Assembly: GCA_051599415.1 (NCBI GenBank)
Contig: AP039694.1
Span: forward strand, 558,001-622,000
Reading direction: 5' to 3'
DNA length: 64,000 nucleotides
DNA from: Savitreella phatthalungensis
Taxonomy: Eukaryota
A program made the translations under genes and the position numbers. Shown piece by piece: positions 35,171-46,531 of this stretch (within the stretch, counting starts at the first letter, position 1; each line of letters opens with the position of its first letter). Below the pieces are notes generated by a model that was not told the origin of the DNA, made no database searches, and saw only the letters and a program-made list of their open reading frames with translations.

Positions 35171-35342
35171 TGGTGGAATTGTTCAGTGAGAGAAGGCTCA
35201 ATCAGCTATTCGTGAGCACTCAGGCAAGAGAGGATGGAAGTCTCTGCTAGATTGTAGAGCACCTCGGTCAAATTATGTGGTTTGATACTCCTATGGTGTT
35301 CTGTGCTCGCGGGGGGGGTCCAAACAAGAGACTATCTTTGTT

Positions 35343-35374
35343 TGATCTGTGATCTGTGATCTGTGATCTGTGAT
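35343..35374. repeat. (TGATCTG)4 tandem repeat
   Basis: Four exact 7-mer copies plus TGAT. Confidence 0.9.
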
Positions 35375-35860
35375 GGAGACACTCTGGCGAATCGGTTCAA
35401 TTCGAGTCCCGCATAAATTCTGTTGCCTCGTCTTTCGAGAGCGAGAGAATTCAATCAATAGAACGACCAAGTTTAAGCTTGACTTTTGACTTCATAATTC
35501 TGATGATATTTTCAGCCAATTGAGCGCTAAAACCCATATAATTAGGGAAGAGTAGATCGTAAACAAGCTTGCTCACTCGCCAACCGAGTAGCTGAATCTC
35601 ATTAAAGATTGGATTGTTCCAAATCAAGCAATAGAATATTAATTGCTCATGATGTACATAGTTGGGTCGATTGTCAAGAATTCCATTTATTCCAATTCGG
35701 GACAACCGTGCATCGATGCTAGTACGAACTCCATGTCCAGAGCTCGTGCAACATAGGCGACTTTTCACAGCACTCTAATGACGAGCGACTTTTGATGTGG
35801 AGCACGTCGATTGCTTTTGACAAGGCGGTCGGTCACGAGTCCCTCCAAGTGCAATAGTAC

Positions 35861-37011
35861 ATGCAACAATCTCGACCTGTCCTCTGCAGCATAATGAGTT
35901 CGTTGCTCCTCCAAATTCCATCGCTGCACTGTATTGACCTTTCTCTTCAGGAATCGGCACACATTCCGGAACCTTTCATTGCGACGAGGCGCTCGCCGTG
36001 TATATGCTCCGTTTGCTGCCGGCATATGCTCAGGCAGATCTCACACGGACGCGAGATCCCGCAGTCCTGGATGCTTGCGACATCGTCGTCGACGTGGGTG
36101 GCAAATACGACGGAACAAAGTATTTTGACCACCATCAGCGCGGCTTTGAGGAAGTCTTCTCCTCGCAGCATAAGACGAAATTGTCATCTGCCGGGCTGGT
36201 GTACAAACATTTCGGCCAGGAAATCATTCGCGCTCTTGCCGCATCGACACCCGCCGCTACGTCAGACAATAAGAAGCTCAAATTAGGGATCTCGCTCGAT
36301 GAGGAGACTACTGCCCTGGTTCATCGCAAGGTCTATGACGACTTCATTGAAGGTATTGACGCACAGGACAATGGTATCTCCCCATATCCGGATCCCGCGG
36401 CCAAGCTAGCTTTCAAGCCGGCACTGTCTCTTCCTGGCATGGTTGCTCATCTGAATCCGGATTGGAACGAGCTTGCAGATGACAGCGAACGCGATAAGCG
36501 GTTTTCTACCGCATCACAATTGGTCGGCACTTATTTCCAAGCGCGAGTCTTGCACACTCTGAACAGCTGGCTACCGGCCCGCTCGTTATGTCGAGATGCT
36601 GTGACAAAAGCGCTCTCGAGCTCAGGTACGTCTGACGCCCTCTCAGCGAGCGCTGCAGCTCAGACACTCTTGTTCGGCGAGGACGAATTTCTGCCCTGGA
36701 AAGAGCATCTGTTCGACGTCGAAGCGGCCCTCGGCAAGGAGGGTCAGATAAAGTATGTCGTCTATCTCGATGGAAGCTGGAGAATTCAGGCCGTTCCTGT
36801 AGGACCTGGCTCATTTGCGTCGCGGCTCGCGCTGCCCGAGGCATGGCGCGGGCTCCGGGATTCGCAGCTTGATGCAAAATTACAACAGGAGAACGTCTGC
36901 AGTGCGGCTACTTCCGGTGCCGTCTTTGTCCATGCGTCTGGCTTCATTGGCGGACACAGCAGCAGAAGCGGCGCGTTGGCGATGGTTGAAGCAGCTCTTG
37001 CGCGCGCGTGA
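35861..37011 (+). CDS. MYG1: MYG1 exonuclease (DHH family); intron 35898-35950; alternative ATG at 35894
   Basis: Splicing gives MRIGTHSGTFHCDEALA; further motifs DVGGKYD, FDHHQRGF, KLSSAGLVYKHFG, FVHASGFIGG. Confidence 0.93.
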
Positions 37012-37079
37012 GATCTTGTAGCGCCTTTTTCATCCGAACGGTTGGTCAACAGTGAAGCTGAAGGGAGGCCGACTGAAAA

Positions 37080-38411
37080 TCATTTCTCGTTTCCGTTCGG
37101 CTCCTGTGCAAGTTGTTCAAAGATGTCGAGCTGGCCAGGGTCGCGTTGCGCTCGTTCGAATACCTTGCCCATGCGTTCAAGCGCGATCGCTCGTCGTTCT
37201 AGCTCGTGAACGATGCGTTGATCTGCAGATAGCTCGGTCGATAGCATAGGACCTGTTTTATCTGCTGCAGTATATTGCATATCATGCTTTACGGTTTCAA
37301 TGCTGAGCACCTTCTGCGCGACCTCGCCGATGACACCAATAATTTCTGCGCGAACGCCCTCCCAGATGGCTTCGATCGCAGCCTTGGCAGCATCTTCCTC
37401 TAGACCACCTTTGCTGCTACCGCGAGCGCCGCCTTTCTCGTCTTCGAGTCTCGAATTCGCGTCAAGCTTCGCGAATGCAGACTTCACCCGGTATGCCTTG
37501 CGGATAGTCGACACAGTTGAAGTGAGATATAGACCTTTCATTCGCAGACTCGGTATCCAGGTGCCTGTCCAACCTTTAGCAGCTGGATGATGAGGCGACG
37601 AGGCTGCCTGAAGGACATAGACATGACCAATAGCCTGCAGCATCTCAGCACCGAAAGACTCCTGGCGTAAGTCCTCCATCCATACCTTACACTGCTCCTC
37701 AAAACTATCGAGCTCCTGCAATTCGAACTGAGCAAGTTTACGAGACAAATTGGTGGCAAGCGACTCGATGCGTCTAGCACGCTTACGCTCGGCTGATGGG
37801 TTGTTAGATGATAGAGAATCGGCCGACTCGAATTCCCGAGCAGCTCTTTCCTGATCCTCTTGCGAGGCACCCCGTGATGCGAGGTCCTCCTGCTTCCGAA
37901 TCGCTGCTCCCATTTCGTGAATGATACCAATTTCTCCAACCCACTCATCGAAGCGTTGCTCGGTGCCGCCAAAAAGTGCCCCGAAACGCGCCTGGATATC
38001 CACAGCGTCGGCTTCATTCTTGCCCTGTGACTTCCCGTGTAAATCATAGCGCTCTCTCGCAGCAACGTCGGACAGCACTGAGTATGCCTCTTGCAGTTCA
38101 AGGAAGGCTGCCGTGGTTGAGCCACCAGTTTTGTCGGGATGCACCTTCGTAACCCGACGCTGATAAGCCTTTTTAATATCTGCGGCCGTCGCGCTGCGTG
38201 CGATGCCCAGAATCTCGTAGTATGTATTGTCCTGACCGCCGGCAATTTTGCTGTGCGCTGAAGGTAACGTCATACTGTGCTGACAGACCGGGCAGACAAC
38301 GACAGCGTCGGATGAAGCGCTGCCTCCGAGACATTCCAGATCGCGCTTGCAGCCATCACAAACAAAACGTAGCCAGTTTCCTGGCTCGTACAACCGCACC
38401 TTCACGGCCAT
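37080..38411 (-). CDS. DnaJ protein: N-terminal CxxC..CxxC zinc ribbon, J domain and DnaJ-X domain
   Basis: CDGC/CPVC, YYEILG..HPDK, FDEWVGEI, ESFGAEMLQAIGHVY. Confidence 0.85.
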   Translation of the reverse strand: MAVKVRLYEPGNWLRFVCDGCKRDLECLGGSASSDAVVVCPVCQHSMTLPSAHSKIAGGQDNTYYEILGIARSATAADIKKAYQRRVTKVHPDKTGGSTTAAFLELQEAYSVLSDVAARERYDLHGKSQGKNEADAVDIQARFGALFGGTEQRFDEWVGEIGIIHEMGAAIRKQEDLASRGASQEDQERAAREFESADSLSSNNPSAERKRARRIESLATNLSRKLAQFELQELDSFEEQCKVWMEDLRQESFGAEMLQAIGHVYVLQAASSPHHPAAKGWTGTWIPSLRMKGLYLTSTVSTIRKAYRVKSAFAKLDANSRLEDEKGGARGSSKGGLEEDAAKAAIEAIWEGVRAEIIGVIGEVAQKVLSIETVKHDMQYTAADKTGPMLSTELSADQRIVHELERRAIALERMGKVFERAQRDPGQLDIFEQLAQEPNGNEK

Positions 38412-39358
38412 ATGTACCTGATCACCAGTGTCGTGTGCCTTTGTGCTCGAATGCTTATACGTACAAGATATGACACTTGGGGAAACAGGCCGAAACACGT
38501 GCACGCATGAAGCTCCACCGGTTGAGAATATTATTGTCTTGATTGGCGCTCGATCTTGAGCTGCAATCGAATCCTACCTCCAAAGTATGCCACAACCACC
38601 GCCTGCAACTCATCTGGTCCGGTACAACGATAAAAAATACAATCCGGAAGCAATGCATGGCGGGTTCAATATGCACAGTAATTCAATTTCAATTCTGCAG
38701 GCCGATCTGTCGACGATGAGAGTCTCAGATCCTATTGTGCGCGATAGTACACTCTCGTGCGTGCCCCTGTGACGCACGATGCGAGACAGGCACAGGTCTC
38801 GAGGGTTGAAAACGGGCACCGTGCTCTACGATGACTGATGCGCCCTACTCCATTGCTGGTCCACCGCCAGGGTCGTGCATCGCACAACTCCTTTTACTCG
38901 ATGGCGAACGGCTGTCGTCCATGCAAACCTACCTACGTCATGGAAGCCTCGACAGGGGAAAGTACTGATGTTCACGGGTGCTTGTGGCGGCCAACAGCTG
39001 ATCGTGCGGCCTGTATACGGGAGCGCAGAAGAAATCTAGGCCTTAATCACACTGACTACGAGCTGGTCCTGACTGAGGCGTTCTGTCTGAGCTGGACCAA
39101 GGGATCCACTCGAGCGGTGTTTCATAGCACTAGGACAGCACTCAGACTCAGTACTTCAACATCGACCTGTGCCTACGTAGTCACTGCCATTTCACTGCCT
39201 CAAAAGATCCTCGAGTTCACGCGCTTCATTCCGCAGCCTTGAGAAGATCCAACATTGCTCCATTTCCTGTGTGGTTCTTCCTCCTCCTACGACCTGCCGC
39301 AGACCTCCTGCTGCCCACTTACGTGGTTCCAATCAATTAAACCATATCGGAAGTCCAA

Positions 39359-40267
39359 TCAGCCTGAATCCGCAGTAAGGCTATTCCATTCGATAACGTT
39401 GTCCTTGCCATATTTCTCGGCCAGCCAAGCATTCGCTTTGGAGAAGTGCGCGCATTCGAAGAATCCACGAGCAGCTGATAAAGGTGATGGGTGTACGCTG
39501 TGCAACACGAGATGCTTGGTTTTATTCACATCAACACATCGTTTCGCCGCCGGTGAACCCCAGGCCATGAAAACAACTCCGTTGGTTGCCTGCGAACGGT
39601 TCACCACGTCAATAACCTTACTCGTGAAAATCTCCCAGCCACGGTTCTGATGAGAATTGGGTTTGTGGGCCTCAACGGTCAAGCATGTATTGAGCATGAG
39701 CACGCCGCGATCGGCCCATGGAAGCAGCGAGCCGTGCTTAGGAATGGAAAAGCCGTCAATGTCTTTCTGTAGACACTTGAAGATGTTCTTTAAGCTCGGA
39801 GGCGGTGGAGTTGGTGCTTGGACAGAAAAGCACAAGCCGTGCGCCTGTCCATGATTATGGTATGGGTCTTGTCCAAGGATTACGACTCGAACCGATGCCA
39901 GCGGCGTGTGACGTGACCACGCATAAACATCTTTTTCAGGTGGAAAGATGGTCTTTGTAGCTCTCTCGCGCGCCAGGAACTCCTTAAGAGAGATGAAATA
40001 TGGCTTTGTCAATTCGCAATGTAACGCATCAAGCCATGACTCGTGTAGCGTATCGATCTCGAGCTTCAGTAGCTCTCGATGACGTTCAGATAAACCCGAG
40101 ACCCAGAGTGCCTTGTCGAAGGGTTTACTGGTGCTTTGGTCTTCTACCGTGCGACGAACAGACGATGAAGAAATAGTAGAATCCTTTTTGAAGAAACTTG
40201 TGATCGCGACGGCTTTCAACTTCTTCGCGGGTCCGGCGATCGTCTCTGCGGTGCGCTTCGTAGACAT
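39359..40267 (-). CDS. UNG1: Uracil-DNA glycosylase
   Basis: GQDPYH, HGLCFSV, PPSL, LMLNTCLTV and HPSPLS motifs; PIP-like ITSFF. Confidence 0.97.
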   Translation of the reverse strand: MSTKRTAETIAGPAKKLKAVAITSFFKKDSTISSSSVRRTVEDQSTSKPFDKALWVSGLSERHRELLKLEIDTLHESWLDALHCELTKPYFISLKEFLARERATKTIFPPEKDVYAWSRHTPLASVRVVILGQDPYHNHGQAHGLCFSVQAPTPPPPSLKNIFKCLQKDIDGFSIPKHGSLLPWADRGVLMLNTCLTVEAHKPNSHQNRGWEIFTSKVIDVVNRSQATNGVVFMAWGSPAAKRCVDVNKTKHLVLHSVHPSPLSAARGFFECAHFSKANAWLAEKYGKDNVIEWNSLTADSG

Positions 40268-40335
40268 ACGCTGTCGTCAAATCGTAAGGCGCCTTCAGCC
40301 TCAGAACACCGATGACCTCATCAACTCTACATAGA

Positions 40336-40352
40336 TTTTTCGCGACACGCGA
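40336..40352. promoter_or_regulatory. MCB/SCB-like elements upstream of UNG1
   Basis: TTTTTCGCGACACGCGA located 70-85 nt upstream of the UNG1 ATG. Confidence 0.5.
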
Positions 40353-40493
40353 TGATGAGGCGAGAACACGAAATTTCGTAATTCCTCTGATCGAGTGACG
40401 TCGCTAAACGTGCCTTTTTACTGTCGAAAGTGATCAGTTAGATATACAGCTGGCACTAGCATTTATTCAATTCTTGTGCAGACCCGCCAATCG

Positions 40494-41735
40494 TCAACGG
40501 CGTTCGTCTTTGCTATCGTAGGAACTGTCTATAGCCCCTAGCATAAGTTTCATGAGGTACACCCCCGGTGAGAAGTTGTGTACTCCGATACGGGCCATCT
40601 CATCAGCCTCAAGCTCGTAGTTCGACGTACAGTCGACGAAGCCGCCGATTTCTACGTCGCGGTCGAGTTGTCCGAGAAATTCACGCGCCTTGATGTCGTT
40701 TCCAACCTGCACAAATTCAAACGAGATAGCGTCCGGACCATATCTAGTGCGTTGCAATTCTTCTTTTGCATGTCGGATGACCTTGAAGAGTTTGTCCTTT
40801 GATTCGCCTTGGGGTGCGCCGTCAGTGATGGTAATTGCTAGGACAGGCTTGCGCAGGTGTGAGGCCCGCGCTGGACCCAAGACATATGGTTCAAGTACCT
40901 TGCGTTCCAACGAAGTGCCGAGCGGCGTGATGCCTGTGAAACGTATTTGGGAAACCAGATTATGGACGTCCGCGGTGGATCGAATACCATTTCCCTGCAC
41001 GTCAGAATTAAGGAATCGGACACTGATGCCATCCAGATCGAAAAGGCCAACAACGAAGACAACTTTTTCGAGAATTGCCCTTAGGTCGTTGATTCTGTCG
41101 CCGCCCTCCTCGAATGACATGCTACCAGAGTCATCCACCAAAATGATAGTGTCAAAAAGAGCTAGCTTGACCAGGTCGTACGCCATTTCGACAGGTATCT
41201 GCCATTGGGCTGCCACATCTTCCAGCTTGCGGGCAAGATCCGGTAGATCGGCGATGGCTTGCACTGCTTGAGGCGTGTAGAAAGCACCAATGTTTTGATC
41301 ACGTACACATCCGTCCAGCAAAGCAAAGAGACCACTACTACTTCGCGAAGGATTTGGCGGTCTGCTGTCGTGATATTGCGCCTGCGGCACCGTCTGCGCG
41401 TACGCCGGTCGACTATGATCGGCTTGGGCCGCGTATACTAGCTGATTTGGAGGGGACCACTGTTGCTGGGGTATTTGTTGACCGCTTTGCTGCTGCTGTC
41501 CGTAGCTAACAGCGGGCTGATTGAAGTTTGATGTTGAGTACTGTGCAGAAGTCTTCCCGTAACCTCCGTACGCAGGCGCTCCACCGAAACTCTGAGGCTG
41601 AGACTGTTGTTGCAATGGCGTGGGCGCGTACGATGATGTCGGAAGTTGGCTTTGAGGCGGCCTGCTTGAGCCAGCCACGCCACTTAGCGCATTCGCACCT
41701 GCAGCAATGTTGTTGAGCTTTGATGCCAGACCCAT
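40494..41735 (-). CDS. von Willebrand factor A domain protein with Q/P/Y-rich N-terminus
   Basis: MIDAS motif DDSGS, TPLG, ITITDG, FVQVGND; starts MGLASKL. Confidence 0.85.
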   Translation of the reverse strand: MGLASKLNNIAAGANALSGVAGSSRPPQSQLPTSSYAPTPLQQQSQPQSFGGAPAYGGYGKTSAQYSTSNFNQPAVSYGQQQQSGQQIPQQQWSPPNQLVYAAQADHSRPAYAQTVPQAQYHDSRPPNPSRSSSGLFALLDGCVRDQNIGAFYTPQAVQAIADLPDLARKLEDVAAQWQIPVEMAYDLVKLALFDTIILVDDSGSMSFEEGGDRINDLRAILEKVVFVVGLFDLDGISVRFLNSDVQGNGIRSTADVHNLVSQIRFTGITPLGTSLERKVLEPYVLGPARASHLRKPVLAITITDGAPQGESKDKLFKVIRHAKEELQRTRYGPDAISFEFVQVGNDIKAREFLGQLDRDVEIGGFVDCTSNYELEADEMARIGVHNFSPGVYLMKLMLGAIDSSYDSKDERR

Positions 41736-42244
41736 GCTGCAACGTTGCTTGTAGCAAGGCACAATATCGTGAATTATCCCGACGACGCCCGTGGTAATCA
41801 CTGGCAAGAGGAAAAGCACGCTTTTGTATCAGAATACCTTGAGTAAGAACCGTACAGGTCTACCGAGAAGCATCACATCATGTGACGACATTTTGAACCT
41901 CATTTGCATAACGCTAATCATTGATTCGAATGGGCTTAGCCAATGTAGATCATGATACATCTCCTTGATCAGCCAAGCCAATCTTCGGTTTCGTAGATTA
42001 TCTTGGACTGGCCTGTCTCAACTGCATCAGATTCGCTAAAGATTAGGATGATGCTATTTTTAGCAGGTGCTTTACTTGTTCTGACTCGGATTAAATCGAT
42101 AATGGAGCAACAGCCAGCGGGTCAGATCAATTTGCAAATAATGCGATGTGGGTCGACCATTTTTGCCTCATTCGAAGCTGAGACTGCGGACTGCCAAGCA
42201 CCATGTACAGGGGTCGACCTGGACAGGAGCTTAGATGCAGGGCC

Positions 42245-45200
42245 TCATGAATCATTGCACTGCGGGCCATGACCCGAAACGCCCTCCTGATAAGATCGCT
42301 CAATTTCCAGATTCAGGGCTTGTACCCACAGATCTCGTTCCTGGCGAGACCTCACCATATAGACGCGGGATTTGCCTTCGACACCCAGCCTGGGTACTCC
42401 TTTGCCTTTGATTATGTCCTCTTTGTCGGTTCTGAACAGAGCTGCACGTTTTCGGGAAGACCAGATCACGAAGCAGAGTTCAGCCTGCTCGTCGCGCGTT
42501 GTCCAGCCATCCTCGTAGAGTCTCGGCAGAGCATGTCTGCCGGGTCCGTCACGATCGCTCGCATCGTGCATGTTCAAAAGCTCGTCTTCCGTAACGGTTC
42601 CGGAATACACATAGCAGCCCCTTAGATCTACAGTTTCGTGTCTCTCGTGATGGATATGCTTCTCGATTCCTTGTGTCGGGCTCCAATGATGGTGGTGGAA
42701 GACCAATAGTTGTCCATGTGCGAGGACGCATTCGAATCGTCTGAAAGTAGCATGCGTACGCGGTTTGCGCCACAGAGAACCCCGCATAGCGACTGTCCTG
42801 CAGGACGATATTTGGCAGAAGTTGTACATATGAGCGTCAGAAGCGCAATTGCTGACTTCCCATTTGCTGCACAACTGCGCAATGCGCGCTTCAATGTCCT
42901 CATCGATATGCAGGGCAATCATATTGCTCTTGCGCATGTTCAGAAGCTGGGCACAATCATGTTGATGTCGGAGGCGCCAGTACTGAGCAAGCCCGTCCAA
43001 TTGTCGCATCCATATGTCGCGTGTCGTCCTGCTGTATACTTGAAAGCGAATGATCAGACCAGTAGCAAGCACTAGCTCGAACATACGCTCCTCGTCTACG
43101 TCAGCGGTAGAACCCTCCTCATTGATGAAGTTTTGACCAATAGCACCGATGTTGTCGGCCGCGGATTCGTCGCCGTGGAAATCGACATTGTCGCCACGAT
43201 GCACATTGTCCGTGTCAGTCGCGCTTGCGGAACTGCATCGTCTGATTCTCACAACACTAGCTAAATCGATATAGCCCAGACAGGCACGGAGATTGTTCAG
43301 CCGACGGGCGGCTTCGGTGGCTGCGACCTTGTCGCACTGAACCTTGTGCGATTGAGGCACATCGTGGCGCAGCCATGCAATATGCTCATCGTCGAGTGGA
43401 TAAGGATCTACATCGAACCAGAGCTTCTCCGTCGCTTGAGTATCCTGACCAAGATTTGGAGGTGGTGGCGAGGCCGCCTTTCCGGGACTCAAGTAGATGA
43501 GCATGCTGCCATATGATGCAAGATACACGCGCTTGTAGTAGACCTTGCCGAAGCGCATCTGCCGACCCGTGCTCCCTGTCATTCGCACAGCGAAGCCTTC
43601 AATGGGCGGAGGTTCTGTCATGATCTGCCCATCTGTTAGGCGCACATTCGTGGGATAGTGGACCTTAGGCCGAAATTCTAGCTCATGAGTATCGTGCATC
43701 GCCCACGAGCCGATGAGCTGCTGCGCTGATCGCCCGTGTGCCCACTCGAGCCGGTCATATCGACGCCAACATAAGCCTAGCTTCTCTTGCGCTGTCCACG
43801 ATCGCAGCACAGGTTGATATGAGGGAATTGACGACAACAGTCGCCAGCACGTATCGATAAGATATTCACCTGTCAGCCGGTGACCGCCAGCGACCAAGTG
43901 TCCGTCATCATCGAGTTCGAGATGAGCCGATAGGTCGTCCTCGATCGATGAACTACGGTCTCCGGACTCTGTCTCGTGGGAGGCTGACGATGGACGTGTC
44001 GTTGACGTGTCTAGCTGGTGTTGCAGTTCGATGCGGAGTCTGCAGTCAAGGCTCGGCACGCTGATCGTGGCTGTTACTGGCGGCCGCACGCCAAGACACG
44101 TTTGTATGTATGCGTACCATTCGATACTGGCGGGCGTCGATTGGGGTCGGAGGATGAAAATGCGGGTCAGTCTCGCGTCAGATTGCCAGATGACGATTGT
44201 CTTGTCCAGTGTTGAATACAGACTCGCTCGCGTAGTTGATGGATCTAGCAATAATGTCATGTATGGCTTCGACGTTGTGCTGTGTTGATCCGAAACAGAA
44301 ATCTTACGCTGTCGGTGGAACTGAAGCGCAACGAGACCACCTGCGACTGAGCGAGCCACGCAAATCAATTCTCGCCAGTGCATTCGCACATGTCGGCTAA
44401 TTCGCCGCGCCTTTCCTTCGTTGTATCCGACAGGTACAGAGTCCCGCGTTATCTCCACGCGTGCCAATAGGCGTTCTGAGCGCACTATCTCGCCAGCCAA
44501 CTTCGTCTTGCGAAAGGACCGTCGAATGAATTTCGCGGGGTTCAGTCCTATTTGCTTGTCCGTAAGCAGGGTGGAGGATCTCTCGACTCGCGAGCATGAG
44601 ATCGGAGGATCATGTTCGGATCGTTGACCTTCAAGTGGGCGAAGCTCCTCTGTCTGATCTTCTTTGAAGCGGACGAGGTTATTCATACGTCCTTGATCGT
44701 GCTTAGAAGTCAGGCATTCCGCGCTCTGGTCAATCAAGGGTTGCGTTGAGCCACGATCGGAAGCGCTTTGGCCTCCATAAGAAGCGGTAGTTTCTGATGA
44801 CGATGGAACAGGCGGACTCGCTTCTTCCACCGTTCGACACTCACGAGGACGATGAGGCCGTATGGTCGAGATAGACTCGGACGAGTCACTGGTCTCGCTG
44901 ACTGAATCGACTGAGTCGCTTGTGGAATGCACTTCTCCAGCCCGATGATCAGAATCATCCTGCAGAGAGCTGAATGATTCTCTGGCTGTCATGAACGTTG
45001 AAGTTGAGGCTGTCGAAGGCTCGCGCGATGCACCATCCTGCGCGCCATCGAGCACGGTGAGGGCGGGACGGATGGGTTGGCGGACGGTGAGGCCCGATCG
45101 GCAAGAATCGCTGCGCTGATTCTGAGCCAAAGCAGCGGTCGGCTGAACAGCTGTGCCTTGATCGCCTGCCGACTCATCAGCCGCACGCCAGCCTTGTAGA

Positions 45201-45505
45201 TCTGAAGGACGCTGGCCAGCATCTGGTCCAGCCTCTGCAAATTCGACGGATGCGTTCTTTGCAGCCTCTGACCGCCAACGCAGGTTCATGTCGTGATCGC
45301 GGTCGGACGCTGCGATCGGGCTGCATCTTTGGAAGTGCGACTGCTGCCGGTGATAGTGGGTCTGCGGCATGTACCAGCGCTTTCGCTGTGTCGTTAGCCA
45401 TCCGTGTGGTATCGGCCCAACAAAGCGCACGCGACTCGTCTCATGAACGTGCTCATGACTGGCATGTGTCAGCCTGAACGCAGTATATGAGATACCGTCC
45501 GTCAT
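42245..45505 (-). CDS. SPO71: Sporulation PH-domain protein Spo71/Mug56-like
   Basis: SYTAFRL N-terminus, SLYSTLDKTIVIW, LGLCWRRYDRLEW, HELEFRPKVHYPT, EPPPIEGF, RSRQERDLWV. Confidence 0.85.
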   Translation of the reverse strand: MTDGISYTAFRLTHASHEHVHETSRVRFVGPIPHGWLTTQRKRWYMPQTHYHRQQSHFQRCSPIAASDRDHDMNLRWRSEAAKNASVEFAEAGPDAGQRPSDLQGWRAADESAGDQGTAVQPTAALAQNQRSDSCRSGLTVRQPIRPALTVLDGAQDGASREPSTASTSTFMTARESFSSLQDDSDHRAGEVHSTSDSVDSVSETSDSSESISTIRPHRPRECRTVEEASPPVPSSSETTASYGGQSASDRGSTQPLIDQSAECLTSKHDQGRMNNLVRFKEDQTEELRPLEGQRSEHDPPISCSRVERSSTLLTDKQIGLNPAKFIRRSFRKTKLAGEIVRSERLLARVEITRDSVPVGYNEGKARRISRHVRMHWRELICVARSVAGGLVALQFHRQRKISVSDQHSTTSKPYMTLLLDPSTTRASLYSTLDKTIVIWQSDARLTRIFILRPQSTPASIEWYAYIQTCLGVRPPVTATISVPSLDCRLRIELQHQLDTSTTRPSSASHETESGDRSSSIEDDLSAHLELDDDGHLVAGGHRLTGEYLIDTCWRLLSSIPSYQPVLRSWTAQEKLGLCWRRYDRLEWAHGRSAQQLIGSWAMHDTHELEFRPKVHYPTNVRLTDGQIMTEPPPIEGFAVRMTGSTGRQMRFGKVYYKRVYLASYGSMLIYLSPGKAASPPPPNLGQDTQATEKLWFDVDPYPLDDEHIAWLRHDVPQSHKVQCDKVAATEAARRLNNLRACLGYIDLASVVRIRRCSSASATDTDNVHRGDNVDFHGDESAADNIGAIGQNFINEEGSTADVDEERMFELVLATGLIIRFQVYSRTTRDIWMRQLDGLAQYWRLRHQHDCAQLLNMRKSNMIALHIDEDIEARIAQLCSKWEVSNCASDAHMYNFCQISSCRTVAMRGSLWRKPRTHATFRRFECVLAHGQLLVFHHHHWSPTQGIEKHIHHERHETVDLRGCYVYSGTVTEDELLNMHDASDRDGPGRHALPRLYEDGWTTRDEQAELCFVIWSSRKRAALFRTDKEDIIKGKGVPRLGVEGKSRVYMVRSRQERDLWVQALNLEIERSYQEGVSGHGPQCNDS

Positions 45506-46531
45506 CGTCTTTGTCACTCGCTAGACAGCACGACAGTATGCCATACTATAGCTCATGCTGTTCAACAATTTGCAATCCAGGCTGGCGCCAATCCTTTGAC
45601 GACGATGGTGACGGGAAGCTCAGATACTTTGCGAGCCGCGATTCATGTAGATGATCATCTGTAGCTTAAGTGAGCGCCGCGCTAGCGTCATGGTCGGCTG
45701 GATTTCTACCGGGCATGATTCATATTGTGTTTATGATATCCGTGTGTTTGCTAAATTCGATCCAGCCGTAATCGATCTATGGATTTCACCTAGCTAGATA
45801 CGAACGAGTACGCGTTACATGCTAAATGTGATGATGCACATGCTGCGATTGCCTCGAGCATCGAGCTATGCAAGAAGAAGGGGTGGCACGCCCACAAACC
45901 CATGTGAGCGATGTTGCACCCAACTGACTGGTAGTGAACAGTAACCTGCATGGCTCACCTCACGTCTTTTCCTCATGTCCTAAATCTCGAGCTAGAAAGG
46001 CGAGTCAGGGTCGATTTCATGCTATACTTGCCTCAATACCTGCATGATGCATGGCCGGATCAGTGATTGCTCGATTAACGCCTTTTTGAGACTGAGCTCT
46101 CCATGCTTGGCCCAGTCTCACAAAAAGCAGGACCGACTGCCAGACTGATATCTGAGATCATGTAAAATAAATCAATTTAAATATTGGAATCCCGCGTGAA
46201 GTGTGGACCAAATGAGAAATGTAAATTTACGTCATGTATGGACCCGTGGTTGGCGTCTCACAGACAAGTCAAAGCGAGTTGAAATAATCGCTGGTGATGG
46301 AATTCGATAAGGTCATTTGCGCGGACGATTTCTGAAATTATGCACCATCCTCATATATGCAAATTGAGTCCAACTAATGAAGGATACGGCAGGCGCTGTA
46401 TCAAGGACTTGACACTTTCAGCGTAAACAGCACATTCGCAGATCATAAGTAGAGAAAGTGAAAATCGACTTGTGTCCCTTGCTGAATAGCTTCTCGCACG
46501 ACGACAAGTCAGAGTCTATCAGGGAGTTCGC

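Noticed and set aside
40268..40330. Possible mitochondrial N-terminal extension of UNG1
   Set aside because: In-frame TGA four codons upstream of the ATG, and no convincing upstream exon
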